In this document: positions 22,277 through 32,558 of the stretch, piece by piece | Layout of the letters: the number at the start of each line of letters is the position of its first letter | Position numbering within the stretch: position 1 is the first letter of the stretch | Assembly: GCA_014905635.1 (NCBI GenBank) | Contig: JABVCE010000031.1 | Location: 248,001-312,000 of the forward strand | Reading direction: 5' to 3' | Origin: Scenedesmus sp. PABB004 | Taxonomy: Eukaryota | Length of the DNA stretch: 64,000 nucleotides | Translations under genes and position numbers: made by a program | The notes under the pieces: model-generated | Seen by the model: the letters and a program-made list of their open reading frames with translations, nothing else | Told to the model about the DNA's origin: nothing | Database searches by the model: none

Positions 22277-25200
22277 GATGCAGCGTGGCTGGGCGGCGCG
22301 AGCGACGGCTCGCCGCTGCTGCCGCTGCCGCCAGCGCTGGGTGTGGGCGGCAGCAGCGGCGGCGAGGCTCGCGAGCCCTTCGAGTTTGGCGCGCTGCTGT
22401 CCGCCGAGCCGGCCAGCCCCCGCATGCAGCACCTTGTGCGCCTGCCGCCGCCGGCGCAGCAGGAGTCGGCGGCATTCGAGGAGCTGGCGGCCCCGGCGGA
22501 GGAGGCGCTGTCGCCGGCCCCGCCGAGCCCATCGGTGGCGGCGCTGGGGGCGCAGAGCAGCGCGCGCGACACGGACGGCGGCGGCGGCGGCGGCGCGGAG
22601 CCCATGCTGGCGTCGCCGTGCCCGGCCAGCGCGGCGGCCGCGAGCCCGGACGCGGGCGCTCGCGGCGGCGGCGACGACGCTGGCACTGGCGCGGAGCCGA
22701 TGCAGGCCAGCCCCGTGGGCTGCTTGCTGCTCATTCCCGAGACCCAGGCGGAGATGCAGCTGGACGCCTGGGACAGGGACGGCGGGCGGCAGGCGACGCC
22801 GCTCAGCCTGAGGCACTTTGCGGCGCAGCAGCGCGCCCACGCGGCCGGCGGCGGCGCGGCGGCGCTGGCGCAGGGCGGCGCGGCCGCGGGGTTTGGGGCT
22901 CCGGCGGCTGACGCCGCCGGCGCCGGCCTTGCGCCGACGGGCAGCCCGACGACAGAGGCCGTCGAGGAGCGCGGCGCTGCGGCGGCATCGCAGGCACGCA
23001 AGGAGCCAGCGTGCGAGCGGCAGCCCGAGCTGCGGCTCACGTCCAGCAGCCGCGCGAGCGGCGGCCTCGTGCGGCTGCGCCGCCGCGACGGCGCCCGGCG
23101 CGGCAGGGCGGGGTGCGTGCTGGCGTCGGAGCTGCCCGACCCCGCCGTTCTGGAGGACAGCGAGGCGGGCGGGGAGGACGACCCAGAGCTGCTGGACAGC
23201 GACTGGGAGGAGGGCCAGGAGCCAGCGCCGGGGCCGGGGCCGCAGCGGCAGGCCAGCCCGCCGGCACCGGCGTGCGCCAGCCCCGCGCACAGCTTCAGCG
23301 GCAGCAGCCTCCCCGCGACGAGCGGGGGCGGCTCCGCCCGCGCAGGGACGCCCGGCGCGGTGTCGCAGGCGACGGGCGACACGACCGGCGGCCTGCCCGT
23401 CATGCGGCTGCACTTCTCGCACGCCAGCTCAGCGCGGCCCGACAGCGCCGCCAGCGCCGCCGGCAGCGGGAGCGGCGCCGCGGCCGCCGCCACGCCCGGG
23501 CGCAGCCGCAGCCCCGGCGGCGCGAGCGGCGGCGACAGCCCCTCGTCCGAGAGCCGCTCCTTTGTGAGCGCCGCCAGCGCCGCCAGCGGCGGCAGCGCGG
23601 CGCGCGGCGCGGCGTCTGCGGTGCAGCAGCAGCAGCAGCAGCTCGGCGCACCGCCGGCACGGCCGCCCGACGGCGGCGCGCCATCGCAGGGCGCCGGCGC
23701 TCTGCTGTCGCCGCCGTCGGCCGGCAGCCTCTTCATCACACGGCGCACGCAGGGCAGGCAGGGCGCCAGCGCCGCGGCGGCGGCGCCGGTGGCGGTCAAG
23801 CAGGAGCCCGAGGAGGGCTGGCAGCAGCAGCAGCCGGCGGCTGCCGCTGCGGCGCCAGCTCCGCAGGCCGGGTGGGACGCCCGCGGCGGCGACCCCGCGG
23901 AGTCGCTGCTGCGCGACCTGCGGCAGCGCCGCGCGGCGCAGGCGCGGCAGCAGCTCGGCGGCGCTGGCGGCGCCGAGGCGGAGGGCATTGAGGAGGGCAC
24001 GCAGGCGCCGGGCGCGCTGCCGCGCGCGCCGCGGCACTCGGCCGCGAGCAGCCTCGGCGCGGCGCCGCGCAAGCTGCCGCTGCCGCTGGCGGGCGGGCCG
24101 ACCGCGCTCACGCTCTGCCCCGACGCGGAGGGCCCGCCCGGCGGCGACGCGCTGGAGCAGGCGCTGCAGGCGGCGCTCGCGGACGGCGCCGGCGCACCGG
24201 CAGGCGGCGGCGAGCCGCGCGCGGCGCCGGCGCCCGTGGTGAAGCAGGAGCCCGGCTCTGAGTGGCCGCACACGCCTGAGGAGCAGCAGCAGCCCGCCAG
24301 TCCGCTGGACCTCACGGCGGTGCCCACGGGCATGCTGGCGGCGCAGCGGCAGGTGCATCACCACCTGGGCGCCCGCCTCGCGCACCTCTCGCAGCCGGAC
24401 GGGCAGGAGCAGGTGCGGGCCGCGCCATCAGCAGGCTACGCACGGCCGGCTGGCACGCAGCGAGCCAGCCGCCGGCTGGCACCGAGCCACGGCCTGCCGC
24501 CGGCGCCGCCGCCGCCGCCGCCCGACGCGCAGGTGATCCCATTGAAGCTGCTGGCCAAGGCGCCGCGCGGCAGCACGGCCAAGGCCTTCCACGGCCTGCG
24601 CGGCTCGACGCGGCTCACGTACGCCGAGGCGGTGCAGGTCCCCTGGGCGCGCGCCAGCTTCAGCACCAAGGAGCGCAGCCGCTGCGCGATCGCGGTCGAG
24701 CCGGGCGAGCCGCCCGGCGGCGCGGGCGCGGCGGGCCGGGCGTTCCTGGCAGAGCCGGTGGCCTTTTACGCGCTCGAGTCGGGTGCGCTGCGCGGCCGGG
24801 GGTGGCGCGGGCCGTGCGGGGGTCGCACGCGCGCGGCGACAACGCGCGCCCCTCCGCTCCGCGCCCCCGCCGCCCCGCGCCAGGCGAGTGGTGGCTGGAG
24901 CTGCTGCGCTTCCACGGCGCCGCCGACCTGCGCCGCCTCGCGCGCGCGTCGGGCGCGCGGCTGCACCTGCCGCCCGACTTCCAGCTGCCGACCGAGCTGC
25001 TGCGCGGGCTGGAGCACGAGCACGTGCCGCTGCGCTGCGTGCAGGGTGCGCCGCTCGCGCGCGCGCCGCGCCTGCTGCGCGCGACGTCACCGCCGCGCCT
25101 TCTGCGCGCGGCGGCGCCGCCGCCGCCGCGCCGACGCCGCGCTGCGCCTGTCGCAGGCGAGTTCAAGCTGCCCAAGGTGCGCAAGGCGCCCGCGCCGGGC

Positions 25201-25296
25201 CGCGGGCGCGCCGCGCTGTTCTGGCGCTACTCGATCGACACGGAGGCGTGCCAGGTGCTCACCGACCGGCCCGTGAGCGACTTTGTGATGCAGTGA
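21539..25296 (+). CDS. Large nuclear protein: N-terminal BRCT domain, long disordered middle, putative C-terminal BAH-like domain
   Basis: BRCT segment VVTGSGF...GGSVRGELVRGETTHLVC...KFVRALEWGVSIVSAKWLSDS...LPEAHY. Exons 21539-24412, 24533-24782, 24884-25045 and 25157-25296. The C-terminus reads EWWLELLRFHGAADL...ELLRGLEHEHVPLRCVQGEF...FWRYSID. Confidence 0.8.
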
Positions 25297-25355
25297 GCGC
25301 GGCGGCGAGGCGCGGCGAGTGGTTCGACGCGCGCGGCACGTGGGTTAACGTTCGC

Positions 25356-25881
25356 TCACGGCGCCGGCGGCGCGTCGCCGGCCGCGCCGGCGGCCGGGCG
25401 CGGGCGCTCCGCCAGCTCCTGCCCCTCCTGCTCCTCCTCCGCCGGCTGCTGCGGCGGGCGCGGCAGGTGCGCGCCCAGCACGCGCAGCTGCTCGGAGCGG
25501 CTGCGCAGCTGCCGCGCCGCGGCCGCCATCGCCGAGAGCTGCTCCAGCTGCGGCGTCATCTGCCGGCTGGTCGCAAGCAGCTGCTGGCCGCTCGCGACCA
25601 GCCCCGCAGCGACGCCCTGCCGCGCGGCGCGTCGGCGGCGGGGCGGGCGCACGTGTGGCGCCGCGGTCAGTTCACCTGCAGCTGCTGGCGCACCGCGCGC
25701 GTGCCGCGGCCCCAACCCCCCGCACCTGCAGCTGCTGCGCCGCCGCCTGGTGGAGCAGCACGTTCTCCAGCGCGAACTCGCAGAGCTGGTGGCTCGCCAC
25801 CGCGCCCTGCTCGGTGAGCGCCTGCAGCTCGCGCCCGATCGCGGACGCGGCGGCGCAGGGCGGAGCGTCGACGTCCGCCAT
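25356..25881 (-). CDS. Small coiled-coil protein resembling BORC/BLOC-1-related complex subunit 6
   Basis: Exons 25881-25726 and 25616-25356 give ...FALENVLLHQAAAQQLQ|GVAAGLVASGQQLLATSRQMTPQLEQLSAMAAAARQLRSRSEQL. The resemblance to plant BORCS6 helices is from memory only. Confidence 0.5.
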
Positions 25882-26214
25882 CAGCGCGCCGCCGCCGCCG
25901 CTTGGCTGCGTGCCAGGGCCCGCAGCGGCCTCCGTGCGGATGCAGAGGCTGGCCGAGAGGCTGCTGGGGCGGAAGCTGCGGGGCGCCGGGGCGTGCGCGC
26001 GGCGCTGGCCGGCAGGCGGCGGCGCCGCTGCTGGCGCCCGCTGCTGCCGACGCCGCGCGCTGGCACGGGACCGCGCGGCGGTGCTGGCTGCCTTGCCGGC
26101 GCGTCTGCCAGGCGGCGGCCCCGCTCGTGACAGCGCCGCTGGACCGCGCCGCTGCACCGCCGTGGCCGCCCGTGGAGCGTCACCCGCCGTCCCGCCGCGC
26201 GGCGCAGCGCTCTA

Positions 26215-26676
26215 CTAAAGCTTGGCGAGACCGAAGTACTCGCGCGCTGTGGGCAGCCGCGGCGCCACCGCCGAGGCCTCCGCCGCCGCCGCGGCCGCGG
26301 CGCGCCGCGCGCCGCCCGCGAGCCAGCCGCGCAGCCGCGCCCACCCGCCGACGCCGGCGCCGGCGGCGGCCGCGCGCGCGCGCCGCCGCTGGGCGTGCGC
26401 GCGCGCCTCTGCGCGCGACGCCGCGCGCAGGTAGGCCTGCAGCAGGCGGCCCCAGTCCGCGGCGCGCCCGGCGTGCCGCGGCGGGGCGCGGAGCTTCGCG
26501 GCGCGCGGGTCGGCGCAGGAGGCGCGCAGCGCCGCCGCTCGGCCGCGGAGTTCCGCTCGCAGCTCGCGGAACGCCTCGTGGCGGCGGCCGGCGTCCAGCT
26601 CCGCCCGTGCGAGCCGCGCGTAGGCGCCGGACTGCTCGGCTCCGCAGCAGTCGCCGCTCACGCCCACGCCTGCCAT
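26215..26676 (-). CDS. Hypothetical protein (153 aa, single exon)
   Basis: ATG-to-TAG ORF with coding-like segments (HEAFRELRAELR, DWGRLLQAYLR, LPTAREYFGLAKL) filling the gap between two minus-strand genes. Confidence 0.55.
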   Translation of the reverse strand: MAGVGVSGDCCGAEQSGAYARLARAELDAGRRHEAFRELRAELRGRAAALRASCADPRAAKLRAPPRHAGRAADWGRLLQAYLRAASRAEARAHAQRRRARAAAAGAGVGGWARLRGWLAGGARRAAAAAAAEASAVAPRLPTAREYFGLAKL

Positions 26677-27120
26677 CGCAGCGCCTGCTGCTGTGCGCGG
26701 TCGGCGCGGCTTGCTCGAGCTCGGGCGGGCTTGCTCGAGCTCGGGCGGGAAGCTGGGCGTGCAGCGCGCGCTGCCGCGGAGCGCGCGGTGCGTCGCGAGC
26801 TGCGTTTGGCGGGCAGCGCAATGCCGGCCCCACGCCCAGCTGCAGCCCAGCCCGCACGCGCTGGGCGAGCTCTCACGGTCGCGTGAGATGGCGCCAGCTG
26901 GTCAGCTCGGCACCAGCTGAAGAGCCGCGGCCAGCGCCCGGTCAGCGGCGCGGATGCGGCGGAGCTCGCGCGTCCGCTGGCCGCCTGCTGCGGGGGACGG
27001 GCGAGAGGGGCTGGCCAGGCGGGAGTCAAGCTCGGGTGTGGGTGCTGTGCGGGGATGGGCGACGCGCGGGCCGGGCCAGGGCTTTGGCGCGCAGGTCCTT
27101 GGTTGACCCGCGCACGAGCC

Positions 27121-28173
27121 TCACCGCGCCGAGCCCGGTTCGCACGCCAGCTGCGCCGCGGCCCCCGCCCCCGCTGGCTGCGCGTCCAGCCGCCGCAGCT
27201 CGGCCGTCTCCAGCCCCCACTCGCGGTGCCGCGTCAGCGGCGCGCCGTGGAACGTCGCCTGCGGCGCAGCGCGCGCCGCGCGGACGCAGCGCGCCCTCAC
27301 TCCCCACCGCCGGTCGGGCGCCCCGGCCCGCGCGTGCCGGCGCGCGCACCTGCAGGACGCTGAGCGTGTCGCCGTGGCTGACCAGCACGATCTGGCGGCC
27401 GCTGTGCCGCGCTTCGAGCTCCTGCGGGCGCGCGCGGCGCGTGAGGGCGCGGCGCGCGCGAGCAGCGCCGCCCCCCCCCTCCGCGCGCGCGCCGGCGCGC
27501 CTCGAACAGCTGCACGCAGCGCGCCGACACGTCGGCCACGCTCTCGCCGTCATCGCCGCCGGGCGGCCTGCTGCGCGGGTCGGCTGCGTCGCCCGCCCAC
27601 GCGGGCGAGTAGTTGGCGTGCGTCGTGCGCTCGAGCGCGGCGCCGAAGAAGCGCTCGCGCAGCAGCGGCTCCTCCGTGACCGCCGCGCCAGGCTCGAGCC
27701 CCGCCGCGGCGCACGCGAGCGCCGCGGTCTCGAGCGTGCGCGAGAACGGCGACGCGACGAACGCCACCGCGCCGAGCGGCACGCCCGCCGCGCCGAGCTC
27801 GCGCGCGAGCGCGCGCCCCGCGGCGGCCGCCTGCTCGCGGCCGGCCTCGGCGAGGCCGAACTCGGGCAGCACGCCGTTGGCCAGCGAGCTCACGATGATT
27901 GACTGCGGCGCGGCGGCGGGGCGGGGCGCGGTGGTACGCGGTGACGCCAGCAGCGGAAGCCGCGGTGCTGCTGACGCCGCCGCTGCCGGGGGGTGCGCCA
28001 GGTCTGCGCGGTCTTCTCACCTGCTCGTTGGCCTTGCTGCGGCCGTGGCGCAGCACCCTGCGCGCAGCGGCGGCGTGCGGCAGCGCTCGGCGCCGCTGCT
28101 GCGCGCCGCGGCGGCTGCGCGGCTGTGCTGCTCCCCCAGCACACCAGTAGGTGTTTCGCAGCGGGTGCTGCAT
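27121..28173 (-). CDS. Histidine phosphatase / phosphoglycerate mutase family protein
   Basis: Exons 28173-28145, 28057-28021, 27902-27501, 27421-27350 and 27258-27121. Motifs are YWVLRHGRSKANE, SPFSRTLETA, LRERFFG, GESVADV and VLVSHGDTL. One GC donor at 27500. Confidence 0.9.
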
Positions 28174-28389
28174 GTCCCTGACCCGGCGCGGGGTGCTGGG
28201 GCCCCCTGCCAGGGAGCAACAGGGCGCGCTGCTCGACGGCGCCGGAGCAGGGGCTCGTGCGAGGGCGAGGGGCGGGCTGCTGGCGGCCTGGCTGGCACGT
28301 GGGGAGGGTCTTCGGCCGAGCCCGGCGGCCGGTGGAGAGGCGCGGCCGCGGCGTAACCAGCGGTTGCGGGTTTTACGGGGGCCCGCCCC

Positions 28390-31280
28390 TCACGCCGGGC
28401 CCTCGCCGTCGCCCGCCGCCGCCGCGTCTGCGCTCGCGGCCGCCGCCGTGCGCTCGCTCCAGTCGATGCCCCGCGCGGCAGCTATGGCCTTCAGCATCTG
28501 CGGCGGGCGTGACGTGCGGGCGCCGGTGAGCGCCTGCCTCGGCGGCGGCAAGTGACAGGTGCGCGCGGCCGTCGCTGGCCTTCGCTGGCCCCGCGGCCAG
28601 CGCGGCGCCGCGTGCCTTGACGTCGGCGCTGCCGTCGGCGACCGCGGCGTCCGCGGCGGCGGCAAAGCCCTCGCCCGGCGCGGCGCCGAAGAGCTGCGCC
28701 GTGACGAGCGCCGGCGGCGGCGGCACCGCGAGCGCTGAGAGCACGTTGCTGAGGTACTCGGCGTCCGCCGCGAGCTGCGCGCCGCCGGCGGGCGAGAGCG
28801 CCGCCACGGCGCGCAGGCGCTCCGCGTACGCGAGCCCCGCGCCGCGCACGACCTGCGGGCGCGGCGCGCGCACGCGCGGCGGCGACGCTCGGCGGCGGCG
28901 CGCACGGGCCCCGCGCCCGCGCGCGGCGCGGGCCCCCCGCGCTGCCCCCGAGGCGCCGCCGCGCCTTGTCCAGCCACTCGGCCGCGAGCTCGTCGCCCTC
29001 CGCCTCCTCCAGCGCCGCCGCGCCCGCGCCGTCGCGGGCGCCGCCCGCCGCGGACTCGTCCGGCATCAGCACCTCCAGCTGCTGCGGCAGGGCCATCAGG
29101 TACTCGCCTGCGCGTGGTTGGTTGTGTGTGAGGTTGTGCGTGAGTGTGTGCGTGGCTGGGCGGGTGCGTGGCGGCGGGGAGGGCGGCGCGGCAGGCGGGC
29201 GGGCGGGCTGCGCGCGCGCGCCGCCGCGCCGCGCGGGCCGTGGCCGCGGGGCTCACCCACGGCCGTGACCGCGGGCAGGGGGTAAGGGCTGAACGTCGGC
29301 ACCACCGCGCCGACGCCCGGCACGATGCCGCCCGACCCCGGCGCGGCCGTCCAGTCGGGCAGGTCTGGCAGCGGCGCGAGCGCGGCGGCCACGGGCGCGA
29401 GCAGCGCGCCGTACACGGCGTCGCTGATGGCGCCGCACAGCGCGGTGCCTGGGGCGCGGGCGGGCGGGCGGGCGGGCGGGCGGGCGGGCGGGCGGGCGGT
29501 CGCGGGAGGGCGGCAGCCGGGCGGCGGCGGCGGCCGCGGCGGCCGCGCACGAGGCACGCGGGGGCCACTGCGCGGCACGCACCGGCAGCGTTGGAGGCCG
29601 GCAGCGACATGAAGCGAGAGCTCGCCGCCGCGCCGCGCAGCTTGGCCAGCGGCTGCAGCTTGCCAGGGAACGCTGCGAGCCGCAGCGGCAGCAGCTCCGC
29701 GGCGGCCGCGGCCGCCGCCGCCGGCACGCCCGCGACGCCGTGGCCGTGGCCGCCCGCCGCCGCCGGCGCGCCGGCGCCGCCGCCCGCGAGGCCCAGCGGC
29801 GGCAGCCCGCCCGCCGCGAGCTGCTGCAGGCGCGGTATGGCGGTCGCGAGCGTGCTGCGCAGGTGCGCCTCGAGCGCGCCGAGCCGGGCGCTCACGTGGC
29901 GCGACAGCACGACGAGCTGCACCATCACGCTCACGTCCGCCGCCGGCGACCCCGCCGCGGCGAGGCGGCTGTACCTGCGGCGACACCCGCGCGGGGTGCT
30001 CAGGCGGGCCGCGGCGCCGGGCGCAGGCGCGCCTGCCGCCGCCGCGCCCGCCGCTGCGCGCGCCGCCGCCGCGCGCCGCCGCACCTCGCGCTGACGATGC
30101 CGACCGCGGCCTGCAGGCGCTGCAGGAAGCCGGCGACGGCGCGGTCGAGCTGGACCAGCAGCGACGGCAGCTCGGTGCCGCCCGTGACGGCCATGCAGCG
30201 CTCCAGCACGCCGCCGAGCACGGCAAACGCCGACGACGCCGCGGCGGCGAGCTTCTGGGCGGTGTCGCTCTCGAGCTCGTCGGCGTCGCCGCCGGCGCCG
30301 CTGGGCGCACCGGGCGGGCCGCCGGGGCGGCTCGTGCGCACGGGCAGCGCCGCCGAGAGCTCCGCAGACATGGTCGCCTCCTCGAGCGCGCCGAAGCGAG
30401 ACACCTGCTGCTCCACCGGCTCCAGCAGCAGCTTCAGCAGCCGCAGCTCCGCGGCGCCGTCGGCGGGCTGCCCGCCCAGCGGCGCGGCCGACGCGAGCAG
30501 CTCGCGCAGGCGGCGCGCGCCGACGAGCGCGTCGCTGAGCAGCCCTGCCAGGATGTGGCTGCTGTGCACGCCCGCGAGCTTCTCTCGCAGGGGCTTGTTC
30601 AGCTGCGGGGGCGGGCGCGCGCGGCGGCGTGAGCGCCGCGGCGGCGCGCGGACGGCGGCGGCCGGCGGCGGCCCGCCCCCGGCCGGTCGCGCCGCGCGCC
30701 TTTTCCAGCGCCGCGCTCGTCGCCGCGACGAGCAGCTGCTGCCGCTGCTCCGGCAGGCAGCCCGCCAGCCACGCGGCGTCGGCCTCCAGCAGGCCAAACA
30801 GGCTGTTGTAGAGCAGCAGCAGCCAGCCGCCGCCGAGGCCGCCGGCGTGGCCGCCGGCGTGGTGGTGCGCGCCCGCCGCCGCGGGCGCGCCGCCGCCGCT
30901 CGCGAGCAGCGCCGCGGCCTCGTCCCAGACGCCCGCCACGAGCGGCGCGCGGCTGGCGACAAACGCGGCCTCCAGGCTCGAGTACCGCCCGACCGCGAGC
31001 AGCAGCTGCGCGAGCGACGTGACCTCCGCGCCCGCGTTGGCCTGCGTGCGGGCGGGCGCGCGGTGGGGTGGGCGCGCCGCCCGGGGCCGCGCGCGCGCGC
31101 GCCGGCGACGCCGCAGCGCGGCGGCCGGCGGGCGGCGCGCGGCGGGCGGCCGCACCGCGAGCGCGTCGCCAAGGCGGCCCTCCACGCGGCGCTGCAGGCG
31201 GTCCTCGAGCGCTGCGAGGCGGCCGCGGCCCTCCTTGAACTCAGGGACGTCGCCCACGAGCGCCAGGCTGCGCGCGGCGC

Positions 31281-31318
<38 letters not shown>

Positions 31319-31894
31319 TCGGCGGCGTGGCGGGCGCCGCGGCCGCGCGCAGTGCGCAGCGGCCGCGCCGCGCCGCGCCGCGCCTGCGGGCCATGCTGGC
31401 AAGCATGTCTGCCACGCGCGGGAGGTCGCCGGCGGCGAACACCTCCTCAACGCGGCGGAAGGCGCCGCTGAGCTCCGCGGCCTCGCGCAGCGTCGCGCAG
31501 CCGGCCTCCATGTTGCTGCGCGCCGTGTGCAGCGCCGCGAGCGGCGCCGCCGCGGCGGCCGCCGCCTCGGCGTCCGCCGCCACGGTCGTGAGCAGGTCCT
31601 GCGCCGTCGCCTGCGCGCGGCGGGGGCCGGCGCGGCGCGGCGCGGGGTGCGGGCGCCGCCCCGCACGGCCGGCGCGCAGGCGCAGGCGGCGCCGCGCTGC
31701 TGCGCCTCGGCCGCGGCCGCGCGCGGCGCCGCACCTGCAGCGCGCGCACGTCGCCGCGCAGGCGCGACACCTCCTGCTGCGCAAACGGCACGCGCCGCAG
31801 CGCCGCGCCGCTGCACTCGCTCAGCGCCGACTCAATCTCCTCGGCGCCCAGCTGCGCGGCGCGGCGAGGCGGCGGCGGCCCGCGCGTGGGCGCC

Positions 31895-31953
<59 letters not shown>

Positions 31954-32097
31954 GGCGCGGCGCCGCGCCTGCAGCCGCATCTCCAGCTCTGCCAGGAAGC
32001 GCTCGATCGGCTCCTCCGCGCCGCGGCCCGCCACGGCGGCGTTGATCCAGGCCTTGGGGTCGAACCCCTCCTCCGCAAAGGCCGCCAGGTCGGCCAT
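28390..32097 (-). CDS. COG7: Conserved oligomeric Golgi complex subunit 7
   Basis: Eleven exons. The N-terminus is MADLAAFAEEGFDPKAWINAA...FLAELEMRLQ|LGAEEI...LRRVP. C-terminal motifs are PTFSPYPLPAVTAVGEYLMALPQQLE and QLAADAEYLSNVLSAL. Five of 10 donors are GC. Confidence 0.92.
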
Positions 32098-32558
32098 CGT
32101 GGCGGGCGCGCTCGCGCGCGGCGGTTGCCGCCGCTGCTGCCGCGCGCTGCTGCTGCCCCGGCGCGCCGCCGCCGCGGCCGCCGCGCCTGCGAGCGCGCTG
32201 CGGGCGTGCGGGGGCCGCGGGGGCTAGGGGCGGGCCGATCGGGTGCCTGCGCCGCGGCGCCGCCAACCGCCCGCGCGCCGGCGCGCTGCTGCCTGGCGGC
32301 GCGGCGGTGAGCTGGGCGTTTGCGCTGCGGGTGGAGAGGGAGGACGACAAGCTGTCTGGAGGAGCGCGCCGGCCGCGATCGGGCTTCGGAGGGCAGCAGC
32401 AGCTGGCGGGGCAGCAGACTCGCGATGCAGGGCTCAGCCCCGCGCCTGCTGGCTGGCGCTGCCCGCAATCGCAGTCACGCCACACCAGCCGGCCCGTGCC
32501 TCGCCGCTGGCCCCCCGTCGCGCGCGGGTACAGCTCCCGGAGCAGCAGCAGCAGCAGC

